This document shows, one piece after another, positions 30,401 to 38,564 of a stretch of 64,000 nucleotides of DNA. The stretch's first letter is position 1, and each line of letters begins with the position of its first letter. Position numbers and translations under genes: made by a program. Location: assembly GCA_001768195.1 (NCBI GenBank), contig MENI01000112.1:80261-144260 (forward strand), read 5' to 3'. The notes beneath the pieces were generated by a model. The model had not been told where the DNA came from, searched no databases, and saw nothing but the letters and a program-made list of their open reading frames with translations. This DNA is from Bacteroidetes bacterium GWA2_40_15 (GTDB taxonomy: Bacteria; Bacteroidota; Bacteroidia; Bacteroidales; VadinHA17).

Positions 30401-31465
30401 TTTCCCGGCTGTATTAAGAAGAGTGATATGAGCCAGGTACATATTTTGTGGTGTATGGATATCCCATAATTTATCAGGTATCCATTTTTCAGTAAAGGTA
30501 AAACTACCGGCTTTAAGGTCATTTTCATTAAAGGTTTTCCCGGTGAATTCTGCAATTTTAATTCCATTATCAGTGATTGTGATCCGAAGGTTATATCTCG
30601 TGCCGGTAACAAGGTTTAATAATCCGGTTTTAAACGTGATTTCCTGCCTGGTGACTGAAGTGTCAATTGTCATAGTATCAATAATCGGTCCTGCCGGAAT
30701 ACCGCTGAGATACACATCACCGCAGAGGCCTCGTCGTTCAACAGTTGCCTCAATCTGACGGGCCATGTTACTGTCATTGTATGCCGTTATAACGTCTTTC
30801 AGGGGAAGGGCTTTTACTTTGATACTCAGCCTGTACTTAAGGCCTGGTTTGCAGAAAGATGTCAGATCAAGCTCCCCGCCGGGAAACCATAATTCACCGG
30901 CTTTATGACCATCGATATATATTATTGCATTTGAATTCAGATACTCCATCGCCAGTATAACACGCCGGCCGCCCCAGGTATCCGGGATACTTATGTCACG
31001 CTGGTACCAGGCAACTGTAATATTTTCGGGCAGGTTTTTATTCCATTCAGGGTGCACAAACAGTGTCTGATTTTCATTCCTGCTGCCAATCCTGTTGTGC
31101 CATTGCCCCGGTACCTTGAAATAGCCCCATCCAGAACCTGGTATATCATCAGAACTCAGGTCTCCGGGCTGCCATTGCCAGAGACCATTTATAGATATAC
31201 GCTCCCTGGTTGGTGTCTTCTCGCGGAATGCCTTATTAATGTCCCATATGGCTTTTACCGGGTCCGGCAAACTGATTGAATCCTGAATTCTCTCCTCAGT
31301 TGATGCCGTCAGATCAAATGTATTATCCTCTGCAATTATTCCCTTATTACCGATAAAAAGTAAAGGTTTGTACATGCCGATGCCTGTTATGGCCATTCCC
31401 ACGGACTTAAGAAAAGTCCTCCTGGTTTTGAATGTATTCCGGATTTTTGTTTTGTTGATCTTCAT
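27476..31465 (-). CDS. Tat-exported glycoside hydrolase family 2-like protein with a large uncharacterised C-terminal half
   Basis: 1329 aa. Tat signal TRRTFLKSVGMAITG. GH2 sugar-binding N-domain pattern (INGLWQWQPG, VAWYQRDISIPDTWGGRRVIL, IYIDGHKAGE). Confidence 0.7.
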   Translation of the reverse strand: MKINKTKIRNTFKTRRTFLKSVGMAITGIGMYKPLLFIGNKGIIAEDNTFDLTASTEERIQDSISLPDPVKAIWDINKAFREKTPTRERISINGLWQWQPGDLSSDDIPGSGWGYFKVPGQWHNRIGSRNENQTLFVHPEWNKNLPENITVAWYQRDISIPDTWGGRRVILAMEYLNSNAIIYIDGHKAGELWFPGGELDLTSFCKPGLKYRLSIKVKALPLKDVITAYNDSNMARQIEATVERRGLCGDVYLSGIPAGPIIDTMTIDTSVTRQEITFKTGLLNLVTGTRYNLRITITDNGIKIAEFTGKTFNENDLKAGSFTFTEKWIPDKLWDIHTPQNMYLAHITLLNTAGKELDVAIPVRFGYREFRIDGRDFYLNGSRIWLSCIPLDNAQYGAAFANYDGARESLKRLKNSGINFVYTHNYGCEPGTHVSFAEILRAADDTGMLIALSQPHFSQYEWDKPDADVNNGYAHHAAFYTNVARNHPSVVFYSTSHNATGYSQDMNPDLIDGHTRDDSQWSLNNVAKALRAEAIIRNLDPFRIVYHHHSGNLGSMYVCNFYANWVPIQEMNEWFGHWATKGEKPAMLVEFSTPFTWDYGVYRGWYKGVRDFGSAKVPWEFCLAEWNAQFIGDYVYKISEYEKANLRWEAEKFRAGEIWGRSEYPFSFDSVLLDERNQVFAKHFASNWRAFRTWGVSAVNAMWHYTIYWRLLKNVKKGPKSFKTDWENLQRPGLSPDIVNQQRERMDMGYEMSDWEATVAAKAITDNHGPLTAYIGGKAEAFTDKSHNFLQGQSFEKQLIIINNSREKIQCDCNWVLNLSQPITGRLTINLSTGMQERILLNFDLPKNLNPGKYEIKAVFLAGKSKSLTDSFEINVLPERSQIKITSGIALFDPIGDTSLLLNRFGIGYKSVENLTGLSDTEILIIGKGALKADGPGFDGTAVRNGLKVIVFEQTSEVLEQRFGFRVQEYGLRQVFRRISDHPALEGLTEDQLHDWHGEATILPGRLSGAPEFKWCDIPVTRAWRCGNRGNVASVLVEKPACSNFLPLIDGGYSLQYSPLMEYREGKGLVIFCQMDVTGRTETDPAADRLTWNIISYISAWSPSPNLKALYTGEQTGKAYLEKASIKITEFKGGKILPDQVLIVGPGSTQQLTENNKSIGKFIKAGGRLMTIGIDQPEISLLFPGIVMKKEEHIAASFGPFDTKSPFAGIGPADVHNRSPREISLVSSGASIIGNGVLAKAEEANAVFCQLVPWHFDYSNQQHNVKQTFRRSSFLVNRLLGNLGIHSSTDFLSRLNSPVDKDKNEKRWLSGLYLDEPEEWDDPYRFFRW

Positions 31466-31648
31466 GGATATATTTCTTTGGTCGAAGTATTCCAGACAGT
31501 AACCGGTATTTACAGTGAGAGTATAATTATGTTTACCGTTTGTCGGTTACATAATTTAAAGGTACTAATTATATCAATCTGTTTAAACAGCAGGTACAGG
31601 TCTTGACATGCCGCCTGAGGTAAAACGGTGATTCCTGCAAGTCCTGTT

Positions 31649-32473
31649 TCATAATCCTATAATTCTTTTTGCATTTCCCGATCTGAGGAGTTCCTTCGTC
31701 GGTTCATCCGCTTCAGAATCGTTCATTGACTCTATCCGTAAGTGTCCCGACAGATAATCAAGTACAGGCGAATGTGAGCCATGAGCAAACTTTTCTTTAC
31801 CATATATTTTAATAAGTTCCGGCATATCAGACATCGACCGGCCTGAGGTATCAAATACAAGATCTGCCTTTTTGATCAAAGAAAGTTCCTCATCACTGAC
31901 TCTGAATCCATTTGCTACATTCACTATTATGTATTTTGCATCGGGTACCTCTTTTATCAGAGGTATGATATTCTTCATCTGCCATTCCAGAGTTATGATA
32001 TCATATTTAACTTCCCCGGGTTCAAATTTCGGTATGTCAAGCCATGACTTCTGCCTGCTGTCGACCATGCGGATATCTATTGCAACCGGTAATCCCCGGC
32101 CGCGGGCCATCTTTACAAGCTCAATAAATGCCGGGTCATTTATTTCATAATCGTGATACTGAGGATACACTCTGAGCCCCTTCATTCCCATATTCTCAGT
32201 ACATGTTTTAAAATCATCTTTCCAACCGGCATAGACCGGGTTTATTACTGCAAAGGGAATGAACCGGTCGCTGAACCGAGTGTCTGATTTCAGCTCAGCA
32301 TAGAGTTCCTCATTTGCCGACTGGGTATTCTTATAGAAGACCCCATTAAGGTTACTTATCACTGAGACATCCACGCCAAACCTGTTCATCCTTTCGAGAA
32401 GTTTTGAACAGGTATTGTACTGGAGCTTCTTAAATGGCCAGTGGCCAACATAGGCATTGATATCAAGCAACAT
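31649..32473 (-). CDS. amidohydrolase-2-type metal-dependent TIM-barrel hydrolase (no signal peptide)
   Basis: 274 aa beginning MLLDINAYVGHWPF. Overlaps the upstream paralog by 11 nt. Confidence 0.65.
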   Translation of the reverse strand: MLLDINAYVGHWPFKKLQYNTCSKLLERMNRFGVDVSVISNLNGVFYKNTQSANEELYAELKSDTRFSDRFIPFAVINPVYAGWKDDFKTCTENMGMKGLRVYPQYHDYEINDPAFIELVKMARGRGLPVAIDIRMVDSRQKSWLDIPKFEPGEVKYDIITLEWQMKNIIPLIKEVPDAKYIIVNVANGFRVSDEELSLIKKADLVFDTSGRSMSDMPELIKIYGKEKFAHGSHSPVLDYLSGHLRIESMNDSEADEPTKELLRSGNAKRIIGL

Positions 32474-33395
32474 GGTGGCCCCCTTTCTTTAATACATTAT
32501 TATAATTGTCAAAAAAGATCTTTTTCTTCTGTTCCTCAGTTGCATTTGACGCCAGTACCCTCCCTACACCATGGTGATAAGCTCCGTCGGTACCAAAGAA
32601 TATCCTCTCATCACCGAGATGTCTTATGGCGAAATCTACTATGTTTTCTTCATTGTTGCTTCCTCCGGTATCGACATAAATATTGGGACACTCCTTTAGT
32701 ATTTTACATTCATATTCCCAATCGGCTCCGCCTCCGATATGAGCAAAATGGAATATTGCCTCAGGGTACCTTTTTGCAGCATCAACCATATCTTCGGGAA
32801 GAGTAGTATTTGCAAACCTTCCGACATCATACTTCATCCGGTAGCCGCCCATTCCCAGCTGGCAGAATGTGTGCATATAAACTATCATCTTATAATCAAT
32901 TAGCTTTTCGATTATCGGATAATAGACGGGGTCATTGAGCTTTGCCTGGGTATAACCCTTGAATCCTGCCATGCCCATATCAGCACACCTTTTTATTTCC
33001 TCCATCGATTCCCTATTAAACAGCGGGTTCAGAGTAAAAAAGCCGATGAACCTGTCAGGATATTTCTTTACGGCATTTAAAACGATATTGTTATTCTTTA
33101 CAGCCTCTTCAGGTCCCTCAGGTTCATTTCCTGAGAAATTAGTTATCGGCTTGGATATCTGTAACTTCTCTATCCCAAGCCTGTCTGCAATTTCAAGCTG
33201 TTTCTCAAGATCAACATCAGGGTGTGCATGGGAATCGATCTTGCGATATTTCATCACATCCTTCATAATGTCATATGAGGAAACTACCTGCTCTTTTCCT
33301 GAGGAACAGCCGGCCATATTACTACCAAGGATAATTCCTGTAGCAGTAAGTGAAGTATTTGCGAGGAATTTTCTCCGGTTGATCTTAATTGACAT
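32463..33395 (-). CDS. Tat-lipoprotein amidohydrolase-family TIM-barrel hydrolase
   Basis: 310 aa. INRRKFLANTSLTATGIILGSNMAGCSSG is a Tat motif plus lipobox. Metal-ligand-like IDSHAHP and FAHIGG. Confidence 0.7.
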   Translation of the reverse strand: MSIKINRRKFLANTSLTATGIILGSNMAGCSSGKEQVVSSYDIMKDVMKYRKIDSHAHPDVDLEKQLEIADRLGIEKLQISKPITNFSGNEPEGPEEAVKNNNIVLNAVKKYPDRFIGFFTLNPLFNRESMEEIKRCADMGMAGFKGYTQAKLNDPVYYPIIEKLIDYKMIVYMHTFCQLGMGGYRMKYDVGRFANTTLPEDMVDAAKRYPEAIFHFAHIGGGADWEYECKILKECPNIYVDTGGSNNEENIVDFAIRHLGDERIFFGTDGAYHHGVGRVLASNATEEQKKKIFFDNYNNVLKKGGHHVA

Positions 33396-33517
33396 GGCAT
33401 TAATATTTTGGAGTTATGAGAATAAATATATAACTTTTATTTCTGTTTCTTAGCTATTCTGGAGTTTCAACAAAATTTAATCAATCCGGGAATAATGAAC
33501 CCCCAATAAGAGAGTTA

Positions 33518-34522
33518 TTATAGCGCAGGCAGCAAATTTTCTCTTAAAACAGGGTGTCTTTCGGCTGCCATCAATACAATCCGTTTTGCCATCTGGCCGT
33601 ATGAATAATTAGTCATTTCTGTTGCCAGGGAAAAGCTGGTATCAATGCTTATATCGTTATTGGGATTGATATCGAGGAGGTAGAGCTCATCATCGCGCAG
33701 GCGGAAATCGAATCGGGCATAGTCGAGGCATCCGATTCCTTTCCACGTTGTAAGGACTTTCTTTTCCAGATCATTAAGCAGTTTTTTATCAATCGGAGCA
33801 GGTATAAGGGTTTCGATTTTTTCGTAATGTTCCGAGCCGGGGACAAACTTTGAGTCGTACGTACATATTCTTTTCCTGGCTTCGCAGAAAGCTGAAAAAT
33901 CCATTTCTACCGGAGGCAACATTTCGGGTGGTTCATTGTTCCATACCGACACATGGAATTCGCGGCCGTCAATAAAATCTTCGACCATTGCAGGTTGATT
34001 TAATTCATTTTTCACCAGCAGAATCTGTTCCTGAAGGGAAAATGTATCGAAAACCACAGAATTTTCGGTGATTGTAAGACTGCAGTGTTCACGTGAAGGT
34101 TTTACAATAGCAGGAAAAAGGTTCCAGCCAGCTGCCTCTTCCGGAGTAAGCACTGCTCCGTAAGGAACTCTGATGCCCAGCGAACCAAGTACTTCTTTTA
34201 CCTTCTGTTTATCGTAGCTCAGTTCTATCACCTCAGGTGTGTTTCCGGTATAAGTGAATCCTTTATTTTCTATGATTTCCAGAACTCTTCTTTCGCTGTA
34301 CCGGATACCAGGAAGGGTTTCACAGAGGTTGAAAATAATGGTATTATCAGGGTTGTATTTATCGAGTATTGTTTTCAGATCCGGATCGCTCAGTTCTTCA
34401 AGATATGTTTCAATTCCTTCGTCTTTAAGCGATTTAAAGAGCATCTTAGTGGAGTTCCGGGCATCGCTGATTTCATTTCTATCCCAGGCAGGATCAAGAT
34501 CGTATAGAATAAGAACCTTCAT
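33518..34522 (-). CDS. ATP-grasp enzyme, D-alanine--D-alanine-ligase-like
   Basis: 334 aa. Typical Ddl-like layout: N-terminal Rossmann-like half, then KVKEVLGSLGIRVPYG, AIVKPSREHCS and a YLLDINPN C-terminal motif. Confidence 0.75.
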   Translation of the reverse strand: MKVLILYDLDPAWDRNEISDARNSTKMLFKSLKDEGIETYLEELSDPDLKTILDKYNPDNTIIFNLCETLPGIRYSERRVLEIIENKGFTYTGNTPEVIELSYDKQKVKEVLGSLGIRVPYGAVLTPEEAAGWNLFPAIVKPSREHCSLTITENSVVFDTFSLQEQILLVKNELNQPAMVEDFIDGREFHVSVWNNEPPEMLPPVEMDFSAFCEARKRICTYDSKFVPGSEHYEKIETLIPAPIDKKLLNDLEKKVLTTWKGIGCLDYARFDFRLRDDELYLLDINPNNDISIDTSFSLATEMTNYSYGQMAKRIVLMAAERHPVLRENLLPAL

Positions 34523-35024
34523 AAAAAATGTTTTTTGCTAAGCTAATGTAATTGGTTGAAAAAGTAAGGTATGAAGGGAAAATTGCAAAACTTAATTTGG
34601 GTTTATGGATAAAGAAGATAACCCATGCATCGCTGACGCATGCAGATTTCTTCTGTTACGGAATCATGTTAACAGAGTAGTGAGGCTACGGAGTTAAGAA
34701 TTCGGGGTTTCTATGCCAACGCTTGACGTCTATAAGAGGTTGTCCCGAATATTTAACATTTTCGGGACATTTTGAGTAACCATTTAATTTGATCCCCTAA
34801 TTCGGGTATTACTGCAAACATTTGCCACTAAATCCAGTTTACTGGCATTTGTTTGAAAATAGTAACAATGGCTATTTAGTGTTATTTTCACCAAATTATC
34901 ATATAATGTACAAAAGCCGGACAGAGTAGAAATATCCACAAAAGTTGCTGAAAAAATATTCCGGAAAAGAAATTTTGATAGCTAAAATGTCTTTCTGAAA
35001 TTTTTTTATAAGAAATTATAATAA

Positions 35025-36008
35025 TTATGAAAGTGACTCTTTAACCTGATTGTTAAGGAACCGTTCGAATAAATGTTTTGAAACACCGTTAGTCAAGGTT
35101 ATTGTTTTGCAATTACTTGGATAAGTAATTCGAAATTCTATATGAAAGTTTAAAATTTCGGATGTCTTATTTTTATAAAAACCCGAGCACTCTATATCCC
35201 CGAATGGAGAGTAGCGTGTAACTTTCAATAAATTTGCCTGAAAATGGAGATCAAACCATGATCCTGTCCCTTCGCCACTAAGCCATTGGGCATTTTCAGG
35301 TATTAGTGTGTTTCTTGAGGGTTGAGGGGAGGTCGATAATAATAGATCTTTATCAAGTTTGCAGAATGGGGAAAAGGGTTCGTTATTAAGTAATTTGGGC
35401 AAAATAATCTTATGTTTAAGTGAATTGACATTATTCATAGGTGTGGGAGTGAGAGGAACAAAATATTCAAGTTTGATTTTTTGCCATATCGGAGGATTTC
35501 CGGCCAAAATTGCTGTATTGACAAAGCGTGAACAATTACTCCCTTTATAACGAAACGGTCCGTAGGGCCAGTGATGTGCTTCCTGCATCTGAATTGCCTT
35601 ATTATAAGCTGCTTTGAAATCAATTGAGCAATAGGATGCGTAAATATTTCCTTCTCCATGACAGGCAGGATTGAGTTGCAATTCATTCAAAATATCCTCA
35701 TAATTTTCGATTGTACTACCATCTGCTGATATCACAGGATTTGTCTTCATTTCAAGATCGTGGTCGGTTATGGCACCTCTTACTCTGCCATGATCAAAAG
35801 GCGAGTGGTAACGTCCAAAATCAAAATAATTACATTTTGTATTTGAGATATCTATCAGTACAAGCGCTGCATGACCAGCCTTGTAATAGTTATTCTTGTT
35901 AATTCCAAGTAACTGAGTGATTGGTTCATACCAGCCCCCTGATTGCTTGCAATAGGTCTCAGGCCAGGCTATAGCTATCGCAAATCCTGATTTTCTGTTT
36001 TCGCTCAT
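35025..36008 (-). CDS. hypothetical protein with a possible permuted NlpC/P60-LRAT-like thiol-enzyme core
   Basis: 327 aa. Its start overlaps the decarboxylase stop by 4 nt (ATGA). KAGHAALVLID (His) followed about 110 aa later by GSNCSRFVN, which resembles the NCEHFV Cys motif of LRAT/H-rev107 enzymes. The fold call is weak. Confidence 0.45.
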   Translation of the reverse strand: MSENRKSGFAIAIAWPETYCKQSGGWYEPITQLLGINKNNYYKAGHAALVLIDISNTKCNYFDFGRYHSPFDHGRVRGAITDHDLEMKTNPVISADGSTIENYEDILNELQLNPACHGEGNIYASYCSIDFKAAYNKAIQMQEAHHWPYGPFRYKGSNCSRFVNTAILAGNPPIWQKIKLEYFVPLTPTPMNNVNSLKHKIILPKLLNNEPFSPFCKLDKDLLLSTSPQPSRNTLIPENAQWLSGEGTGSWFDLHFQANLLKVTRYSPFGDIECSGFYKNKTSEILNFHIEFRITYPSNCKTITLTNGVSKHLFERFLNNQVKESLS

Positions 36009-37420
36009 AAAACCTGCTTATTATTTATCATGCTTGTGGCAGTTTCCGCCAATTGATTAAAAAACAAATCAATGTCATCTTCCTGCACATCAGAATTTGC
36101 GATAACGAGCCTTAATGCAAGTGTGTTCCCAATATACCCGTAGTTTACAATAGACTTGCCGCTCTTACGTAAATTTTCACGTAGTTCCAGATTAAATGCA
36201 TTCAGGTCAAAATCCCCTGATGGCACAAACCTGAAGCAAACAGTAAATGATTGACGAGGGATAAGCAATTCGAGGTTTGGATGGGTTTTTACTATATCTT
36301 CAGCATACTTTGCCATTGCAACTGAATTATCTAAACGATCCCTGTATCCTTTTTTGCCATAATATTTCCAGGCGAACCATAACTTTACTGCATCCACACG
36401 TCGTCCGCACTGGATTGATTTTTTACCAAGATCCTCCACAGCATCAATATCATGAAATATATAGTCAGTATTAATATCTGTAATATTCTGATAAAGAGTA
36501 GATTTTCTATTAACCAGTAGAGCAGAGCATATCAGAGGTATATTCATTAGTTTATGAGGGTTCCAGGCAAATGAATCGGTCTTTTCGATTCCCTTCATCA
36601 GATGCCGGTGCTTTTCACTGAGAATAAGAGAACCACCAAACGACCCATCAGCATGAAGCCATACATTATACTTCTTACAGATTTCTGCCATTTCATCAAT
36701 CGGGTCGTATGCTCCTGATAAAGTGGTAGCACACGTTGCTGCTACGAAAAAAGGAAGTTCACCCCTTGATACAGATTCACTCAATTTCTTTTCGAGTTCT
36801 TCAGGTATTAATCTGCCATTTTTATCTGCCTTGACTTTAATAACATTTTTAGATCCGATTCCCAGAACATTTGCAGCTGTTTCAAATGAATAATGAGCCT
36901 GTTCATTTATAAATGCTTTTAATTTCAGATTATGATCATATCCTTCGAAACGTCCTTCAGGGAATACTCTGTTTCGTGCAGAAAGCATTGCCACAAGATT
37001 GGCATTACTTCCACCGGTAACAAATATCCCGTCACCTGACTTATAACCGGCATAGCTGTTCATCAGGTTGATCATCTCTTTCTCAATCATGGTCGCAACC
37101 GGGGCAACCTCATATGTATACATTGAAGTATTGGCTACAACTGTAAAAACCTCCCCAAGAAAGGCCGGGAAATTAAAGCCGGAATATAACTGGTTCAGAA
37201 ACTGCTTATTTCCTGTTCTGACGGAATAATCAAGATATTTCTCAATGTATTCTGTAAACTTAGTTTGTGAAGCACTTTCTTCATCAACCGGTAAACTAAA
37301 TATCTCTGATAATTCACCGGGTGTTTTGAATTTCACGACAGGAGACGTATTGTCGTCATTTGAGTTAATATATTTTTCTACCCTTTCAAAGGAATACCGT
37401 AAAAGATCTTTGTTATTCAT
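36005..37420 (-). CDS. group II PLP-dependent decarboxylase, GAD/CSAD-like (candidate cysteine sulfinate decarboxylase)
   Basis: 471 aa. FLNQLYSGFNFPAFLGEVFTVVANTSMYTYEVAPV aligns by eye with animal CSAD/GAD. PLP lysine in NPHKLMN, plus WLHADGSFGG. Confidence 0.85.
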   Translation of the reverse strand: MNNKDLLRYSFERVEKYINSNDDNTSPVVKFKTPGELSEIFSLPVDEESASQTKFTEYIEKYLDYSVRTGNKQFLNQLYSGFNFPAFLGEVFTVVANTSMYTYEVAPVATMIEKEMINLMNSYAGYKSGDGIFVTGGSNANLVAMLSARNRVFPEGRFEGYDHNLKLKAFINEQAHYSFETAANVLGIGSKNVIKVKADKNGRLIPEELEKKLSESVSRGELPFFVAATCATTLSGAYDPIDEMAEICKKYNVWLHADGSFGGSLILSEKHRHLMKGIEKTDSFAWNPHKLMNIPLICSALLVNRKSTLYQNITDINTDYIFHDIDAVEDLGKKSIQCGRRVDAVKLWFAWKYYGKKGYRDRLDNSVAMAKYAEDIVKTHPNLELLIPRQSFTVCFRFVPSGDFDLNAFNLELRENLRKSGKSIVNYGYIGNTLALRLVIANSDVQEDDIDLFFNQLAETATSMINNKQVL

Positions 37421-37432
37421 TTGTTGTAATGA

Positions 37433-38143
37433 TTATCTGTAATATGCATTAATGTCTTTTTCAAACGTGCTTATGGTCTTTAACACGTCGTACCTGTTAT
37501 TTCTTAAATAATAAGGTTTGATAAGTTCAAAATAGTCAATGAGGGTTTCATCCGTATAGGTATCATAAAACTCTTCTTCCGTTTTAAGTGTTTCAGCCAT
37601 ATTCAAAAATGCAGGGCCATTAGTAGTTGCAAGCACTTTATGTTCCGGCAGAAAAACTTTTTCTCTATTGAGACTATCGTTTAAGTTTTTGTTGGAACCA
37701 TAGATATGAAGCGTCATAAAACCGGTTTTGCCTGAGTTGCCCATCATGTGAGTCAGGTCACCACAAACTGCAGCAGTCTGACCTTTTTCAAAAATATCTT
37801 TTCGTGATAATTTCAAATTGCCATACTCTGTTTCATATAATCTATGGGTAGCATTTCCAAAGAAATATACACCGCCCCATTCAGTTTCACCGTGGTTATG
37901 TATTGCGGTGAAGTCGCCAGGATCCCATGTCATTAACAGTATTCTGAATTTTTCACTTTCATAAAGTAATCTCCGGCCATAGCTTTCTGCACCCGTATGA
38001 TTGAATATGTTATAGGGGAATAGGGCATCTTCTGAAAGACCTGCTCTTACCATAACTTCAGATACAATTTCGTTAGTTACGTCTGTTACACTGTTAAGTT
38101 CGCTGGCTAAATTGACTATGCAATCTGGTAATTGATAATTCAT
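37433..38143 (-). CDS. cysteine dioxygenase type I-like cupin (Arg-type)
   Basis: 236 aa. SYGRRLLYESEKFRILLMTWDPGDFTAIHNHG ... LTHMMGN ... LHIYG gives the 3-His iron site (HxH...H), the Y-x-R substrate-carboxylate motif and the conserved Tyr of CDO. Confidence 0.7.
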   Translation of the reverse strand: MNYQLPDCIVNLASELNSVTDVTNEIVSEVMVRAGLSEDALFPYNIFNHTGAESYGRRLLYESEKFRILLMTWDPGDFTAIHNHGETEWGGVYFFGNATHRLYETEYGNLKLSRKDIFEKGQTAAVCGDLTHMMGNSGKTGFMTLHIYGSNKNLNDSLNREKVFLPEHKVLATTNGPAFLNMAETLKTEEEFYDTYTDETLIDYFELIKPYYLRNNRYDVLKTISTFEKDINAYYR

Positions 38144-38311
38144 TGCAATTGGTTTTAAATTATTTCATCCTAACAAAATTATTTTTTAATGGCCGGATGG
38201 AGCTCACATGTTGATTTTGTTCATGCAAGTTTGTGTTTTTCGTAAAACATGCTCGGTTCATCTTTATAAGAATTGTCGGAATAATTATAAAACCTGACAA
38301 AATAGTATATA

Positions 38312-38503
38312 TTAAATTTGTTTTGAAGGACATTTTTCTGTTCCATAAGAGCAATAAACACAACAGTCTCCCTCTTTGGGTTTAATAACAGTCTTGCAAT
38401 TTTCACACTCATAAAAATACTGACATGCATCTTCCGGCATTTTTTCTTGTTTCTTATGACCACAGACTGGACAGGTTATTACAGAATATGTTTTTAAGTT
38501 CAT
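38312..38503 (-). CDS. GDCCVxC-domain small metal/thiol protein
   Basis: 63 aa. CPVCGH ... ECENC ... EGDCCVYCSYG, the eponymous motif of the GDCCVxC (seleno)protein family. All positions here are Cys, with no TGA. Confidence 0.75.
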   Translation of the reverse strand: MNLKTYSVITCPVCGHKKQEKMPEDACQYFYECENCKTVIKPKEGDCCVYCSYGTEKCPSKQI

Positions 38504-38564
38504 GGCAAATATTTTATAATGTCCTTTACAACTTAGCTTTACATTAATGTCAAGATCAAATATT

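Noticed and set aside
38160-38463. Track ORFs 38160-38363 and 38221-38463
   Set aside because: They overlap the well-supported GDCCVxC gene or AT-rich spacer in other frames. They are hydrophobic or low-complexity with no motifs.
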